Shown in pieces: positions 17,955 to 27,292 of a stretch of 64,000 bases of DNA. A program made the position numbers and the translations under genes. Positions within the stretch are counted from its first letter, which is position 1; each line of letters opens with the position of its first letter. This stretch comes from Candidatus Omnitrophica bacterium UBA6249 (GTDB lineage Bacteria > Omnitrophota > Gorgyraeia > Gygaellales > Profunditerraquicolaceae), in NCBI GenBank assembly GCA_002441305.1, contig DJVT01000009.1, positions 12,839-76,838 on the forward strand. The letters are read 5' to 3'. The notes beneath the pieces were generated by a model. That model was not told the origin of the DNA, did not search any database, and saw only the letters and a program-made list of their open reading frames with translations.

Positions 17955-18365
17955 ATGCCTTTAATCAGATTCGGGGTTTCTATAGAAAAAGACCTATTAG
18001 CCAAATTCGACCGCTTGCTGAAGCAAAGGAAATATACCAGCCGGTCGGAGGCCTTTCGTGACCTTATCCGCAATGAGCTGATCTGTGAGCAGTGGTCGGG
18101 GAACCAGGCGGTCGCGGGGGCGGTTACCCTGCTTTATAACCATCATAAGCGGGAGCTGGTGAACAGGCTCATGGATATCCAGCATAACTTCGGCGATATC
18201 ATAATCTCTTCCCAGCACGTACACCTGGACCATGATAATTGCTTAGAGGTAATTACGGTAAAGGGTTCCCCCCGGCAGGCGCAGAAACTTGCGCATACCC
18301 TGAAATCGGTAAAAGGAGTAAAGCATGGCACTCTGAGCATGTCGGCCACGGGGAAAGGCGTGTAA
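17955..18365 (+). CDS. nikR: Nickel-responsive regulator NikR
   Basis: N-terminal ribbon-helix-helix (RFGVSIEKDLLAKFD) plus a C-terminal ACT-like metal-binding domain with His-rich HHKRE...H...H. Confidence 0.75.
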   Translation: MPLIRFGVSIEKDLLAKFDRLLKQRKYTSRSEAFRDLIRNELICEQWSGNQAVAGAVTLLYNHHKRELVNRLMDIQHNFGDIIISSQHVHLDHDNCLEVITVKGSPRQAQKLAHTLKSVKGVKHGTLSMSATGKGV

Positions 18366-18462
18366 TTTATTTTTTTCTCCACCGGTAACACGAAATAATT
18401 ATTAATAACACTATTTCCCGGCGCATGATGTTTTCCGGCCGGGCGCGCAAACAGGAGGAAGG

Positions 18463-19146
18463 ATGCATATTCCAGACGGATACTTAGGCCCGGAGACCTG
18501 TGGTTTTTTCTATCTCGTCATGTTTCCCTTATGGACTGCCGCTTCGCGTATCGTTAAGAAGACGCTTAGCGCCAGGAAGATCCCTTTTTTGGCGGTGGGG
18601 GCGGCATTCAGTTTCGTGATCATGATGCTTAATGTGCCTATACCCGGGGGGACTACCGGGCATGCCGTGGGAGGGGCGCTCGTAGCCATACTGGTCGGCC
18701 CCTGGGCGGCATGTATCGCCATCAGCGTAGCCCTGGTTATCCAGGCCCTGCTGTTTGGGGACGGAGGGATTACCGCGATAGGGGCTAATTGTTTTATCAT
18801 GGCCTTTCTACTTCCTTTTTCCGGTTATTATATTTACAGGCTGATAAGCGGGAAATCCGCATTAACCTCTGCAAGGAGGGTGTTTGCCGCCGGTATAGCC
18901 GGTTACGCGGCGATAAATATCGCCGCTGCGACAGCGGGGTTTGTTTTCGGCATCCAGCCCCTATTGCACAAATCCGCAAGCGGCCTGGCGCTTTACTGCC
19001 CGTATGGGCTGAATGTAGCCTTGCCCGTCATGCTGGGAGAGCATCTTCTTGTTTTCGGATGGATAGAGGCTTTGGTGACCGCGGCCGTAGTCGCATACCT
19101 GCAGAAGCATGAACCGGAATTGCTCGCGGAAGGGGGGCAGGCATAA
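18463..19146 (+). CDS. cbiM: ECF transporter substrate-capture component CbiM/NikM
   Basis: Hallmark N-terminus MHIPDGYL; ~7 TM. Confidence 0.85.
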   Translation: MHIPDGYLGPETCGFFYLVMFPLWTAASRIVKKTLSARKIPFLAVGAAFSFVIMMLNVPIPGGTTGHAVGGALVAILVGPWAACIAISVALVIQALLFGDGGITAIGANCFIMAFLLPFSGYYIYRLISGKSALTSARRVFAAGIAGYAAINIAAATAGFVFGIQPLLHKSASGLALYCPYGLNVALPVMLGEHLLVFGWIEALVTAAVVAYLQKHEPELLAEGGQA

Positions 19147-19478
19147 TGAAGACGATTAGCAAGTTTTGGCTCTTGATCGCCGTATTGGTTTTGCTTTCTC
19201 CTTTAGGCCTGTTCCTGCCTGACTATTTCAAGGCGGGTTCCGCCTGGGGGGAATGGGGAACCGAAGAGATGCCCGGCTTAGTCGGATATGTGCCGGCCGG
19301 GCTGGCAAGACTTTCGGCTGCCTGGAACGCCCCTGTGCCGGATTACGCCTTTAGGGGGCAGGAGGGGGCTTCTTTGTTTGTCTTGAGCCTGGAGTATATT
19401 TTTTCCGCGCTGTTGGGTATTGCTGCCTGCGCGGGAGTTGTTTTTATGATGGCGAAATTATTTGGCAGGAAACAATAA
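19146..19478 (+). CDS. CbiN/NikN-like small membrane component (PDGLE-type)
   Basis: 110 aa with N- and C-terminal TM helices. ATGA-type overlap with cbiM. Family call tentative. Confidence 0.45.
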   Translation: MKTISKFWLLIAVLVLLSPLGLFLPDYFKAGSAWGEWGTEEMPGLVGYVPAGLARLSAAWNAPVPDYAFRGQEGASLFVLSLEYIFSALLGIAACAGVVFMMAKLFGRKQ

Positions 19479-19498
19479 CTTTTTAAGGCGGGAGAGAT

Positions 19499-20464
19499 AT
19501 GGATATATTGACCGGCGGGGCAGGGTTTATCGGGAGTTGCTTCCTTGCCAAGCTTAACAGCAAGGGGATAGATGATATTATTGTAGTGGATAACCTCAAG
19601 GAGGGGGCAAATAAAAGCCGCAACCTCCTGGGCAAGCATTTCCGGGATTATATCCCCAAGGAAAAGTTCCTGGCTTACCTGGAATCTAACCGTTTCCCCA
19701 AGCCCGGGCATATCATCCATATGGGAGCCTGCAGTTCCACGATGGTTTCTGACCGGGACTATCTGATGAGCAACAACTATGAATATTCCCGCAGGGTGAG
19801 CAGCTGGGCTTTCGAGCGCGCTGTTCCTTTTATCTATGCCTCCAGCGCGGCAACCTATGGAGATGGCGGGTTCGGCTATGACGACAGCGACGAGAACACC
19901 CTGAAACTCAAACCGCTTAACCTGTACGGCCTCTCCAAGCACATATTTGACCTCTGGCTGCTCAAGAACAGGCGCAGCAGCATGGCGGCCGGCCTGAAAT
20001 TCTTCAATGTCTTCGGCCCGAATGAATACCATAAAGGCGAGATGATGAGCGTTGTCTGCCGCTGTTTCGACCAGCTTAAAAGCGGTCAGCCGATGCGCCT
20101 TTTCAAATCATATCTCCCCGAGTACCCGGACGGGGAGCAGAAGAGGGACTTTGTGTACATAAAGGATGTGACGGAGGTGATGTTTTATTTCTACGAGCAT
20201 CCCGAGGCATGCGGAATCTACAATCTTGGCACGGGCGTGGCGCGCAGCTGGAATGATCTGGCTAAAGCGATGTTTTCCGCCCTGAAGATGAAGCCGAAGA
20301 TAGAATACATAGAAATGCCCGAGAAGATACGCGGCAAATACCAGTATTTTACCCAGGCGGATATGAAAAAACTGCGTTCCTGCGGCTGCCGGCACGAGTT
20401 TATGACCCTGGAACAGGCGGTTAAAGACTATTCTTCCTACCTAAGCTCCAAATCCTATATATAA
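19499..20464 (+). CDS. hldD: ADP-L-glycero-D-manno-heptose 6-epimerase
   Basis: TGGAGFIGS...IIVVDNLKEG N-terminus and YGLSK, resembling E. coli HldD/RfaD along its length. Confidence 0.8.
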   Translation: MDILTGGAGFIGSCFLAKLNSKGIDDIIVVDNLKEGANKSRNLLGKHFRDYIPKEKFLAYLESNRFPKPGHIIHMGACSSTMVSDRDYLMSNNYEYSRRVSSWAFERAVPFIYASSAATYGDGGFGYDDSDENTLKLKPLNLYGLSKHIFDLWLLKNRRSSMAAGLKFFNVFGPNEYHKGEMMSVVCRCFDQLKSGQPMRLFKSYLPEYPDGEQKRDFVYIKDVTEVMFYFYEHPEACGIYNLGTGVARSWNDLAKAMFSALKMKPKIEYIEMPEKIRGKYQYFTQADMKKLRSCGCRHEFMTLEQAVKDYSSYLSSKSYI

Positions 20465-20518
20465 GGTAAAGTTCCCCTGTTTTGCCCCGCGCGCACTGTT
20501 TTTGCCCCATTATGGAGC

Positions 20519-20547
20519 TTGACATAAGGGGGTTTTCTTGTTATAAG
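20519..20547 (+). promoter_or_regulatory. Sigma70-like promoter upstream of gcvT
   Basis: TTGACA (20519..20524), 17-nt spacer, TATAAG (20542..20547), about 60 nt upstream of ATG 20608. Confidence 0.45.
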
Positions 20548-20607
20548 TATAAGTCAACCCTGTAATAAGACACGCATTTTTCATTCTACCGGGATAAAAA
20601 CCAAGAA

Positions 20608-21717
20608 ATGGAAGAAAATTCGGTTCTGCTCAAGACGCCTCTTCTCCGCCAACATGAAAAGCTGGGCGCTAAGATGTCCCCTTTTGGGGGCTGGCTTATG
20701 CCTATCCAGTACAGCGGCATAATTGAGGAGCATAATTGGACGCGCAAGAACGTCGGCCTGTTCGATATCTGCCATATGGGCGAGTTTGCCCTGCGCATGG
20801 ACCCGGAAAAGGGCAATCTCGATACTCTGGTTACTATTTCCCTTAAGCGTATGCCTTTATTCTCCTGCCGTTATGGTTTTATGCTCGATGAGAAGGGGAG
20901 AGTTATCGACGACCTGATTATCTACAGGATAGACCGCGAACATTGGATGATCGTAGTAAATGCCGCCACTACGCAAGGTGATTTTTCTTATCTCCGCAGC
21001 CGGCTTGAAGGCGCCGGTTCCTTTGAGGACATTTCTGCTTCTATGGGTAAACTTGACCTGCAGGGGCCGCTTTCCGCAGAGGTGCTGTCGGTCTTGGCCG
21101 GGCCCGGGATCAGGAAGCTGAAATACTACACTTTCGGATATTTCGACCTGCTGGGTGAGAGGATAATTATCAGCCGTACGGGTTACACCGGGGAACTGGG
21201 GTATGAACTTTATATGCCTGCAAGCAAGGTCGCCCTTTTATGGGACAGACTTCTTGAGGATGACAGGGTAAAGCCTGTAGGCCTGGGCGCCCGCGATACT
21301 CTGCGTCTGGAGATGTGCTATAGTCTTTACGGCCAGGATATCAACAGGAATACCACTCCTGTTGCGGCGGGACTGGGTAATTTTATCGATTGGGACAAGG
21401 AGTTTACGGGCAGGCAGGCGCTCCTGGAGGAGAAGAATTCGGGAAGCGGGATGAGGATGATATACTTTATGGCGCAATCTCGCCGCTGCCCAAGGCATAA
21501 TTACCGGATAAAATACGCAGGCAGGGATGTGGGCGCGGTGACCAGCGGTTCTTTTTCGCCCAGCCTCGGCTGCGGGATCGGCATGGGCTATGCGGATAGG
21601 GAGATTGCCCCGGGGGAGACCGTGGCCCTCGGCGACGGCTCGGTTTCCATAGATGCGGAAGTTACGCTTAAACCTTTTTACAAAGACGGCAGCGCGAAAT
21701 CAGGAGAGGCAAAATGA
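20608..21717 (+). CDS. gcvT: Glycine cleavage system T protein (aminomethyltransferase)
   Basis: KTPL..HEKLGAKM and FDICHMGEF blocks. First gene of the gcvT-H-PA-PB string. Confidence 0.9.
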   Translation: MEENSVLLKTPLLRQHEKLGAKMSPFGGWLMPIQYSGIIEEHNWTRKNVGLFDICHMGEFALRMDPEKGNLDTLVTISLKRMPLFSCRYGFMLDEKGRVIDDLIIYRIDREHWMIVVNAATTQGDFSYLRSRLEGAGSFEDISASMGKLDLQGPLSAEVLSVLAGPGIRKLKYYTFGYFDLLGERIIISRTGYTGELGYELYMPASKVALLWDRLLEDDRVKPVGLGARDTLRLEMCYSLYGQDINRNTTPVAAGLGNFIDWDKEFTGRQALLEEKNSGSGMRMIYFMAQSRRCPRHNYRIKYAGRDVGAVTSGSFSPSLGCGIGMGYADREIAPGETVALGDGSVSIDAEVTLKPFYKDGSAKSGEAK

Positions 21718-22103
21718 ATGTACCGGAAGATCTTTTGTACACCAAGGACCACGAATGGGCCAGGATAGAAGGAGATAATGCGGTTATCGGGATAACCGAT
21801 TTCGCCCAGGATTCACTCGGGGATATTACTTTTATAGACCTTCCCAAGCAGGGGGCAGAATTAAAGCAGTCCGAATGGTGCGCTACCGTTGAGTCGGTAA
21901 AAGCGGCTTCGGATGTATACGCTCCTTTATCCGGCCAGGTGGTTAAGGTAAACAGCGAACTGGCGGAGCACCCGGAACTGGTGAATAAATCGGCCTATGA
22001 TAAAGGATGGTTTGCGGTAATCAAGATTTCCGATATGAGCCAGAAGGGCAAGCTTATGAGCCCGGCCCAGTATAAAGAATATACGGAAGGGTTGTCCAAG
22101 TGA
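21714..22103 (+). CDS. gcvH: Glycine cleavage system H protein
   Basis: 129 aa with lipoyl-lysine motif VESVKAASD. Confidence 0.9.
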   Translation: MNVPEDLLYTKDHEWARIEGDNAVIGITDFAQDSLGDITFIDLPKQGAELKQSEWCATVESVKAASDVYAPLSGQVVKVNSELAEHPELVNKSAYDKGWFAVIKISDMSQKGKLMSPAQYKEYTEGLSK

Positions 22104-23437
22104 ATTATATCCCCCATACGGATTCGGAAAAGGAGCAGATGCTCGATGCCATCGGGGTCAAAAGCGTTGGCGAGTTGTTTGAGCACATCTTGCCGGAATT
22201 GCGCCCCAAGTCCTTTGATCTCCCCGCGGGCAGGTCCGAGTTCGAGGTAATCGAATACCTGAAATCCCTCGGGCGCAAGAACTCTTCGCACCTTACGGAT
22301 TTCATCGGGGGAGGGTTTTACGATCACTATATTCCATCTGCGGTAGATGCCTTAGCGGGGCGTTCCGAGTTTTATACCGCTTATACCCCTTACCAGCCGG
22401 AGTGCTCCCAGGGATGGCTCCAGGCGATATACGAATATCAGACGGTGATTTGCGAGCTGACCGGGCTGGACGTCTCCAACGCTTCGCTTTATGACGGGGG
22501 TACCGCCCTTTACGAGGCGGCGATGATGGCGGTAAGGCTTACCGGAAGGAAGAAGATAATCGTGGACAGCGGGGTGAATCTCATCTACCGCACCATGCTC
22601 TATACTTATACCTCCAATCTTTGCGTGGAATTTGTGGAGACTCCTGTGGTACATGGCCAGAGCTGCAGGGAGGATATATATAAACATCTGGATGATAAGA
22701 CCGCCGCGGTAATCGTGCAAAACCCCAATTTTTTTGGGGCGGTGGATGATTTTTCGGACATAGTCAGGCAGTCGCACAAGTCAGGGGCGCTGGTGATTGC
22801 ATCGGTGTATCCCGTGTCCCTGGGCATGCTCAAGACTCCGGCCGAGATGGGGGTGGATATCGCTACCGGAGAGGGCCAAAGTATGGGTATCCCGCTTTCT
22901 TTCGGAGGGCCTTACCTGGGGTTCATCGCGGTAAAAAAAGAGCATATGCGCCAGCTTCCCGGCAGGATAGCCGGGGCTACAGTGGATAAGGACGGTAAAA
23001 GAGGTTTTGTGCTTACCTTGCAGGCGAGGGAACAGCATATCCGCAGGGAGAGAGCTACTTCGAACATCTGTTCCAATGAGGCTCTTTGCGCCCTGCGCGC
23101 TCTCATTTATTCTTCGCTTCTGGGCAAGGAGGGTTTCCGCCAGCTTGCCTCGATGAATTACCAGAAGGCGGAATTTGCCAAGAAAGTTTTGAGCAAAATA
23201 AAAGGAGTGGAAGTAAAACGCAGTTCTCCCACATTTAACGAATTTACCGTATGCCTTCCCATAAATGCCGATGAGGCTGTCTGCAGGATGATAGATAAAG
23301 GTTTTGCCTGCGGTTTTCCGCTGGGCAGGTTTTATAAAGGATTGGATAATTACCTCCTGGTGGCGGTTACGGAAAAACGCAGCAGGGAGGAAATTATGCG
23401 TTTTGCCAACAGTCTGGAGTCCGTATTATGCGCTTGA
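22100..23437 (+). CDS. gcvPA: Glycine dehydrogenase (decarboxylating) subunit 1
   Basis: N-terminal half of a split P protein. Overlapping junctions with gcvH and gcvPB. Confidence 0.9.
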   Translation: MNYIPHTDSEKEQMLDAIGVKSVGELFEHILPELRPKSFDLPAGRSEFEVIEYLKSLGRKNSSHLTDFIGGGFYDHYIPSAVDALAGRSEFYTAYTPYQPECSQGWLQAIYEYQTVICELTGLDVSNASLYDGGTALYEAAMMAVRLTGRKKIIVDSGVNLIYRTMLYTYTSNLCVEFVETPVVHGQSCREDIYKHLDDKTAAVIVQNPNFFGAVDDFSDIVRQSHKSGALVIASVYPVSLGMLKTPAEMGVDIATGEGQSMGIPLSFGGPYLGFIAVKKEHMRQLPGRIAGATVDKDGKRGFVLTLQAREQHIRRERATSNICSNEALCALRALIYSSLLGKEGFRQLASMNYQKAEFAKKVLSKIKGVEVKRSSPTFNEFTVCLPINADEAVCRMIDKGFACGFPLGRFYKGLDNYLLVAVTEKRSREEIMRFANSLESVLCA

Positions 23438-24888
23438 TTTTCGAAAAGAGTAGTCCCGGGCGCAGGGGGGTCAGTCTGCCTGAATTGGACGTGCCGTTTT
23501 CCGCGGTGCTGGATGAGAAATATTGCCGCAAGGAGCCGGCCTGCCTGCCGGAGGTTTCCGAACTGGACGCGGTGCGCCATTTTTCCAACCTGTCCCGCAT
23601 GAACTTTTCGGTGGATACGAATTTCTATCCTCTGGGCTCTTGTACTATGAAATATAACCCCAAGTTTACCGAGGCGGCGGCCGCGATGGATGAATTCTCC
23701 AGCCTGCATCCTTTGCTTCCCCAGCTCCTGGGGGGAGGCATGCTTGCCCAGGGGGCCCTTGAGGTACTTTATAATACCGAGCATTTACTCTGCGAGATTA
23801 CCGGGATGGATGCTTTTAGTACTCAACCTCTTGCCGGAGCCCACGGTGAGCTGACCGGGGTGATGCTGGTATCCGCTTATCATAAAGATAAGGGGAGAAA
23901 AAGAAAATATGTTATCGTTCCGGATTCTTCGCACGGTACAAATCCGGCAAGCGCCTCTATAGCCGGATACGATGTTGTGGTTGTGCCTACGGGTAAAGAC
24001 GGTTTTATGGACATGGAGCGTTATAAGCAAGTCTTGAGCGAAGATGTCGCCGCGGTAATGCTTACCTGTCCGGATACCCTGGGATTTTTCAATCCCGGGA
24101 TCAAGGAGATTACCGACCTGGCGCATAAGGCCGGGGCGCTCATGTATTACGACGGAGCAAACCTTAACGCCGTACTGGGAAAATGCCGCCCTGCGGACAT
24201 GGGCTTTGACATTATGCATATCAATTTACACAAGACTTTTGCCACTCCTCACGGCGGAGGCGGGCCCGGGTCCGGGCCGGTAGGCGTGCGCGGTGAGCTT
24301 GCCGATTTCCTTCCCATATCCCGGGTTGTCCGCCGGGATGACGGGACTTTTGCCTTGGATTACAGCCGGCGCAAGACGATCGGCTATATCGCGCCTTTCT
24401 ACGGCAATTTCGGGGTTATCCTTAAGGCCTACGCCTATATGCTTGCATTGGGAAAGGATGGGCTTATTCAGGTAAGCGAGAATGCGGTATTGAGCGCGAA
24501 TTATTGTCTCGCGCGGCTGAAAGAACATTATCTCCCGGCTTACGCTAAGGAAAGATGTATGCATGAATGTGTTTTATCCGCATCGGCGCAGCTTGGGAAG
24601 GGAGTGCATGCTTTGGATATCGCCAAATACCTCATTGATAAGGGGTTTCATCCCCCTACGATTTATTTTCCTTTGATCGTGAAAGAGGCGATGATGGTCG
24701 AGCCCACTGAAACCGAAAGCAAGGAGATGCTTGATACATTTATCGAGGCGATGATCGAGGCCTCCAAACTTGCCGGGGCCGATCCGGATGCCTTGCATTC
24801 GGCTCCGGTATCTATGCCGGTCAAGCGGCTTGACGAAACCGCTGCCGCCCGGCAGCCTGACCTGCGCTGGCAGGCGAAATCAAAATAA
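23428..24888 (+). CDS. gcvPB: Glycine dehydrogenase (decarboxylating) subunit 2
   Basis: PLP-lysine block INLHKTFATPHGGGGPG. Confidence 0.9.
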   Translation: MRLIFEKSSPGRRGVSLPELDVPFSAVLDEKYCRKEPACLPEVSELDAVRHFSNLSRMNFSVDTNFYPLGSCTMKYNPKFTEAAAAMDEFSSLHPLLPQLLGGGMLAQGALEVLYNTEHLLCEITGMDAFSTQPLAGAHGELTGVMLVSAYHKDKGRKRKYVIVPDSSHGTNPASASIAGYDVVVVPTGKDGFMDMERYKQVLSEDVAAVMLTCPDTLGFFNPGIKEITDLAHKAGALMYYDGANLNAVLGKCRPADMGFDIMHINLHKTFATPHGGGGPGSGPVGVRGELADFLPISRVVRRDDGTFALDYSRRKTIGYIAPFYGNFGVILKAYAYMLALGKDGLIQVSENAVLSANYCLARLKEHYLPAYAKERCMHECVLSASAQLGKGVHALDIAKYLIDKGFHPPTIYFPLIVKEAMMVEPTETESKEMLDTFIEAMIEASKLAGADPDALHSAPVSMPVKRLDETAAARQPDLRWQAKSK

Positions 24889-24893
24889 GGCTC

Positions 24894-25655
24894 ATGAAGA
24901 ATTTCAGGCTTATCCGTTCTATCCCCCAAAACGCGCAATACAATATGTCCTTCGATGAGAATATGTTTTTCCGTTATGCAGAGGACGGTATCCCGTCATT
25001 CCGCGTGTACGGATGGGACGGGCCGGCTTTTACTTATGGGGCCGGGCAGCATCCTGAAGGGCAGCTTGATCTCGAGAGGTGTTCGCGCGACGGGGTCCGG
25101 GTCGCAAAGAGGATCACCGGCGGTGGCGTGTTGTTCCACCATCGCGAGATTACTTATAGCCTTGTCTGTTCCAAGGAGGATATAGGAGAGGACGAGAGGT
25201 CGCTTGTTTCTTACAGGCAGGTCTGCGCCTTTTTGATAGAATTCTACAAATCTCTCGGTCTGGAGCCGCGTTTTGCGCTTGAGGCCGAAGGCTTCCGTGA
25301 CAAGTCGCTTCCGCACCCTTTGTGCAGCGCATCGCACGAAAAATACGATATTGTCATCGGCAGAAGGAAGATAGGCGGCAATGCGCAGAAGCGCAGGAGA
25401 AGAGTGGTATTTCAGCATGGTTCTATACCTGTAGCAATAGATTGGTCAATTCCTTCCAGGTACGTGTTGGATATGCCGGAGGGAATCTCTTCAGGAGCTA
25501 CTTCCCTGGAGGAGGAATTAAAAAGCGTTCCGGAAAGCCGGGAGCTTGAGCGCCTGCTTATAGATTCCTTTGCTGCAGCTTACGGAGTTGATTTTCTTAA
25601 AGAGGGCGAAGTGGAAGGCGAGAGGAATGTTTGTTTTGTAACTCAAGGAATATGA
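24894..25655 (+). CDS. Lipoate-protein ligase / octanoyltransferase family protein (LplA/LipM-like)
   Basis: BPL_LplA_LipB-type catalytic domain (RITGGGVLFHH..., RKIGGNAQKR). Sits between gcvP and lipA. The last codons lie inside a solo repeat arm. Confidence 0.65.
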   Translation: MKNFRLIRSIPQNAQYNMSFDENMFFRYAEDGIPSFRVYGWDGPAFTYGAGQHPEGQLDLERCSRDGVRVAKRITGGGVLFHHREITYSLVCSKEDIGEDERSLVSYRQVCAFLIEFYKSLGLEPRFALEAEGFRDKSLPHPLCSASHEKYDIVIGRRKIGGNAQKRRRRVVFQHGSIPVAIDWSIPSRYVLDMPEGISSGATSLEEELKSVPESRELERLLIDSFAAAYGVDFLKEGEVEGERNVCFVTQGI

Positions 25656-25677
25656 AGAAGTTGAATAAACTGTCTAC
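25624..25677 (+). repeat. Solo right arm of the two-box repeat (spans the lipoyl-ligase-like/lipA junction)
   Basis: Inner GGAATGTTTGTTTTGTAAC at 25624..25642, a 17-nt linker, then outer-like GTTGAATAAACTGTCTAC ending at 25677. No matching left arm is seen upstream. Confidence 0.6.
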
Positions 25678-26539
25678 AAAACCGGAGTGGTTGAAGAAGA
25701 AGATTTCGCTGGGAGGGTGCGCCCAGGTAAAGGGGATGCTTAAGGATTTGCGCCTGCATACCGTATGCGAAGAAGCGCTTTGCCCGAATATGGGGGAGTG
25801 TTTCGCCAGGCGCCAGGCCTCTTTCCTTATACTCGGGGATATCTGCACGCGTTCGTGCCGTTTCTGCGGCGTAAAGAAAGGCAGCCCTCTTCCCGTAGAC
25901 GGCGGCGAGCCGGAGCGCCTGGCCGAGGCCGTGCGCAGGCTCGGCCTGTCCCATGTGGTTATTACCAGTGTTACGCGCGACGATCTCCCGGACGGAGGCG
26001 CCGGGGTATTCGCCGGGACTGTTTCCTTGCTGCGCGCTGTATCGCCGGGGGTTTGCGTGGAGACGCTTATCCCGGATTTCAATGCGGATGAATGTGCCTT
26101 GCGCGTATTGGCCGCCGCATCCCCGGATATTATCGCCCATAACGTGGAGACCGTGCCCGCCCTTTACCGGAAAGTAAGGCCGAACGGGGCCCTTTACGCC
26201 AGATCTCTCGGTCTGCTGCGTTCCTTAAAAAAGATCGCTCCCCATATACCGCTCAAGTCCGGCTTGATGCTTGGTTTGGGTGAAAACAAGGAAGAGGTTC
26301 TTTCCGTATTCGATGACCTGGTTTCCGCGGGGTGCTCCTTTTTGAGTATCGGGCAATATCTTGCCCCCAGCGGCAGCCATGTTCCTGTGTCCGAATATAT
26401 CCATCCGGACGAGTTCGAGGAGTACGGGAAAGAGGCTATGGCGCGGGGTTTTGTCTATGTAAAAAGCGGACCCTATGTGCGCAGTTCCTACAACGCCTCC
26501 GATTACCGTAAGGCGCTTGAAGCGGCCGGGTGCGTATAA
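25652..26539 (+). CDS. lipA: Lipoyl synthase
   Basis: KPEWLKKK, CEEALCPNMGEC and radical-SAM CTRSCRFC motifs. ATG 25652 overlaps the upstream stop (ATGA). The listed TTG at 25631 is less likely. Confidence 0.9.
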   Translation: MKKLNKLSTKPEWLKKKISLGGCAQVKGMLKDLRLHTVCEEALCPNMGECFARRQASFLILGDICTRSCRFCGVKKGSPLPVDGGEPERLAEAVRRLGLSHVVITSVTRDDLPDGGAGVFAGTVSLLRAVSPGVCVETLIPDFNADECALRVLAAASPDIIAHNVETVPALYRKVRPNGALYARSLGLLRSLKKIAPHIPLKSGLMLGLGENKEEVLSVFDDLVSAGCSFLSIGQYLAPSGSHVPVSEYIHPDEFEEYGKEAMARGFVYVKSGPYVRSSYNASDYRKALEAAGCV

Positions 26540-26555
26540 TTTTAAGGGAGGATAA

Positions 26556-27290
26556 ATGCCTAAGTCTAAATTGAACGTTAAATTACTTGACCTGACGGAT
26601 AACGCCCTTGCGCTCATCTATGCTTCCTGCCGCCAGTGCTATTCGGCGGAGTTCGGAGGGGATATTTTCGAAAAGATAAAAGAGGACCGTAAGAAGCAGG
26701 CCGCTTTCATCGCTAAGATCGTCTCTTCCGGGCATGAAAGCCCGCTGGAGCATGTAAAATTTACTTTTGCCGTAGAAGGGGTTTCGCGCGCCCTGACGCA
26801 CCAGCTTGTGCGCCACAGGATGGCTTCTTATTCCCAGCAGAGCCAGCGTTATGTCAAGGAAAACGACTTCGATTATATTATTCCTCCTTCCATCGAATCC
26901 GATCCTTCTGCCCTGGAGGAGTTCGGCAGGACGATGTCCGCTATCCAGGGGAGTTATACCCGCATACTGGAGATGCTCGCGAAAAAAGGGGTAAGCGGTG
27001 AAGCCGCCAACCAGGACGCGCGTTTTGTGCTTCCCCAGGCCGCGGAAACCAAAATTATCGTGACTATGAATTGCCGCGAGCTTTTGCATTTTTTCAAGTA
27101 CCGCTGCTGCGCGCGCGCCCAATGGGAGATACGTAATCTTGCCCAAAAGATGCTCTCTGTCTGTCAGGAGAACCTCCCGGAGATCTTTTCGGCTGCCGGG
27201 GCCAAATGCGTATACCTGGGGTTTTGCCCGGAAGGGGAGCGTTTTACCTGCGGCAGGTTCCCCGTAAAAGAGGCCAATAAAAAGACGTAA
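26556..27290 (+). CDS. thyX: FAD-dependent thymidylate synthase
   Basis: ThyX motif RHRMASYSQQSQRY. Confidence 0.9.
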   Translation: MPKSKLNVKLLDLTDNALALIYASCRQCYSAEFGGDIFEKIKEDRKKQAAFIAKIVSSGHESPLEHVKFTFAVEGVSRALTHQLVRHRMASYSQQSQRYVKENDFDYIIPPSIESDPSALEEFGRTMSAIQGSYTRILEMLAKKGVSGEAANQDARFVLPQAAETKIIVTMNCRELLHFFKYRCCARAQWEIRNLAQKMLSVCQENLPEIFSAAGAKCVYLGFCPEGERFTCGRFPVKEANKKT

Positions 27291-27292
27291 AG

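Noticed and set aside
18366-18462. Cobalamin or nickel riboswitch, or a NikR operator, upstream of cbiM (AT-rich palindromes AATAATTATT / TTATTAATAA and a CCCGGC/GCCGGG hairpin).
   Set aside because: 97 nt is too short for a cobalamin riboswitch. The palindromes are AT-rich low-complexity sequence and do not match the E. coli-type NikR operator, so no call is made.
20465-20607. Glycine riboswitch upstream of gcvT, and the direct repeats CTGTTTTGCCCC (20477..20488) and CTGTTTTTGCCCC (20496..20508).
   Set aside because: The region after the putative promoter is only ~60 nt, too short for a glycine aptamer, and I see no conserved aptamer core. The short direct repeats are noted but have no supportable function.
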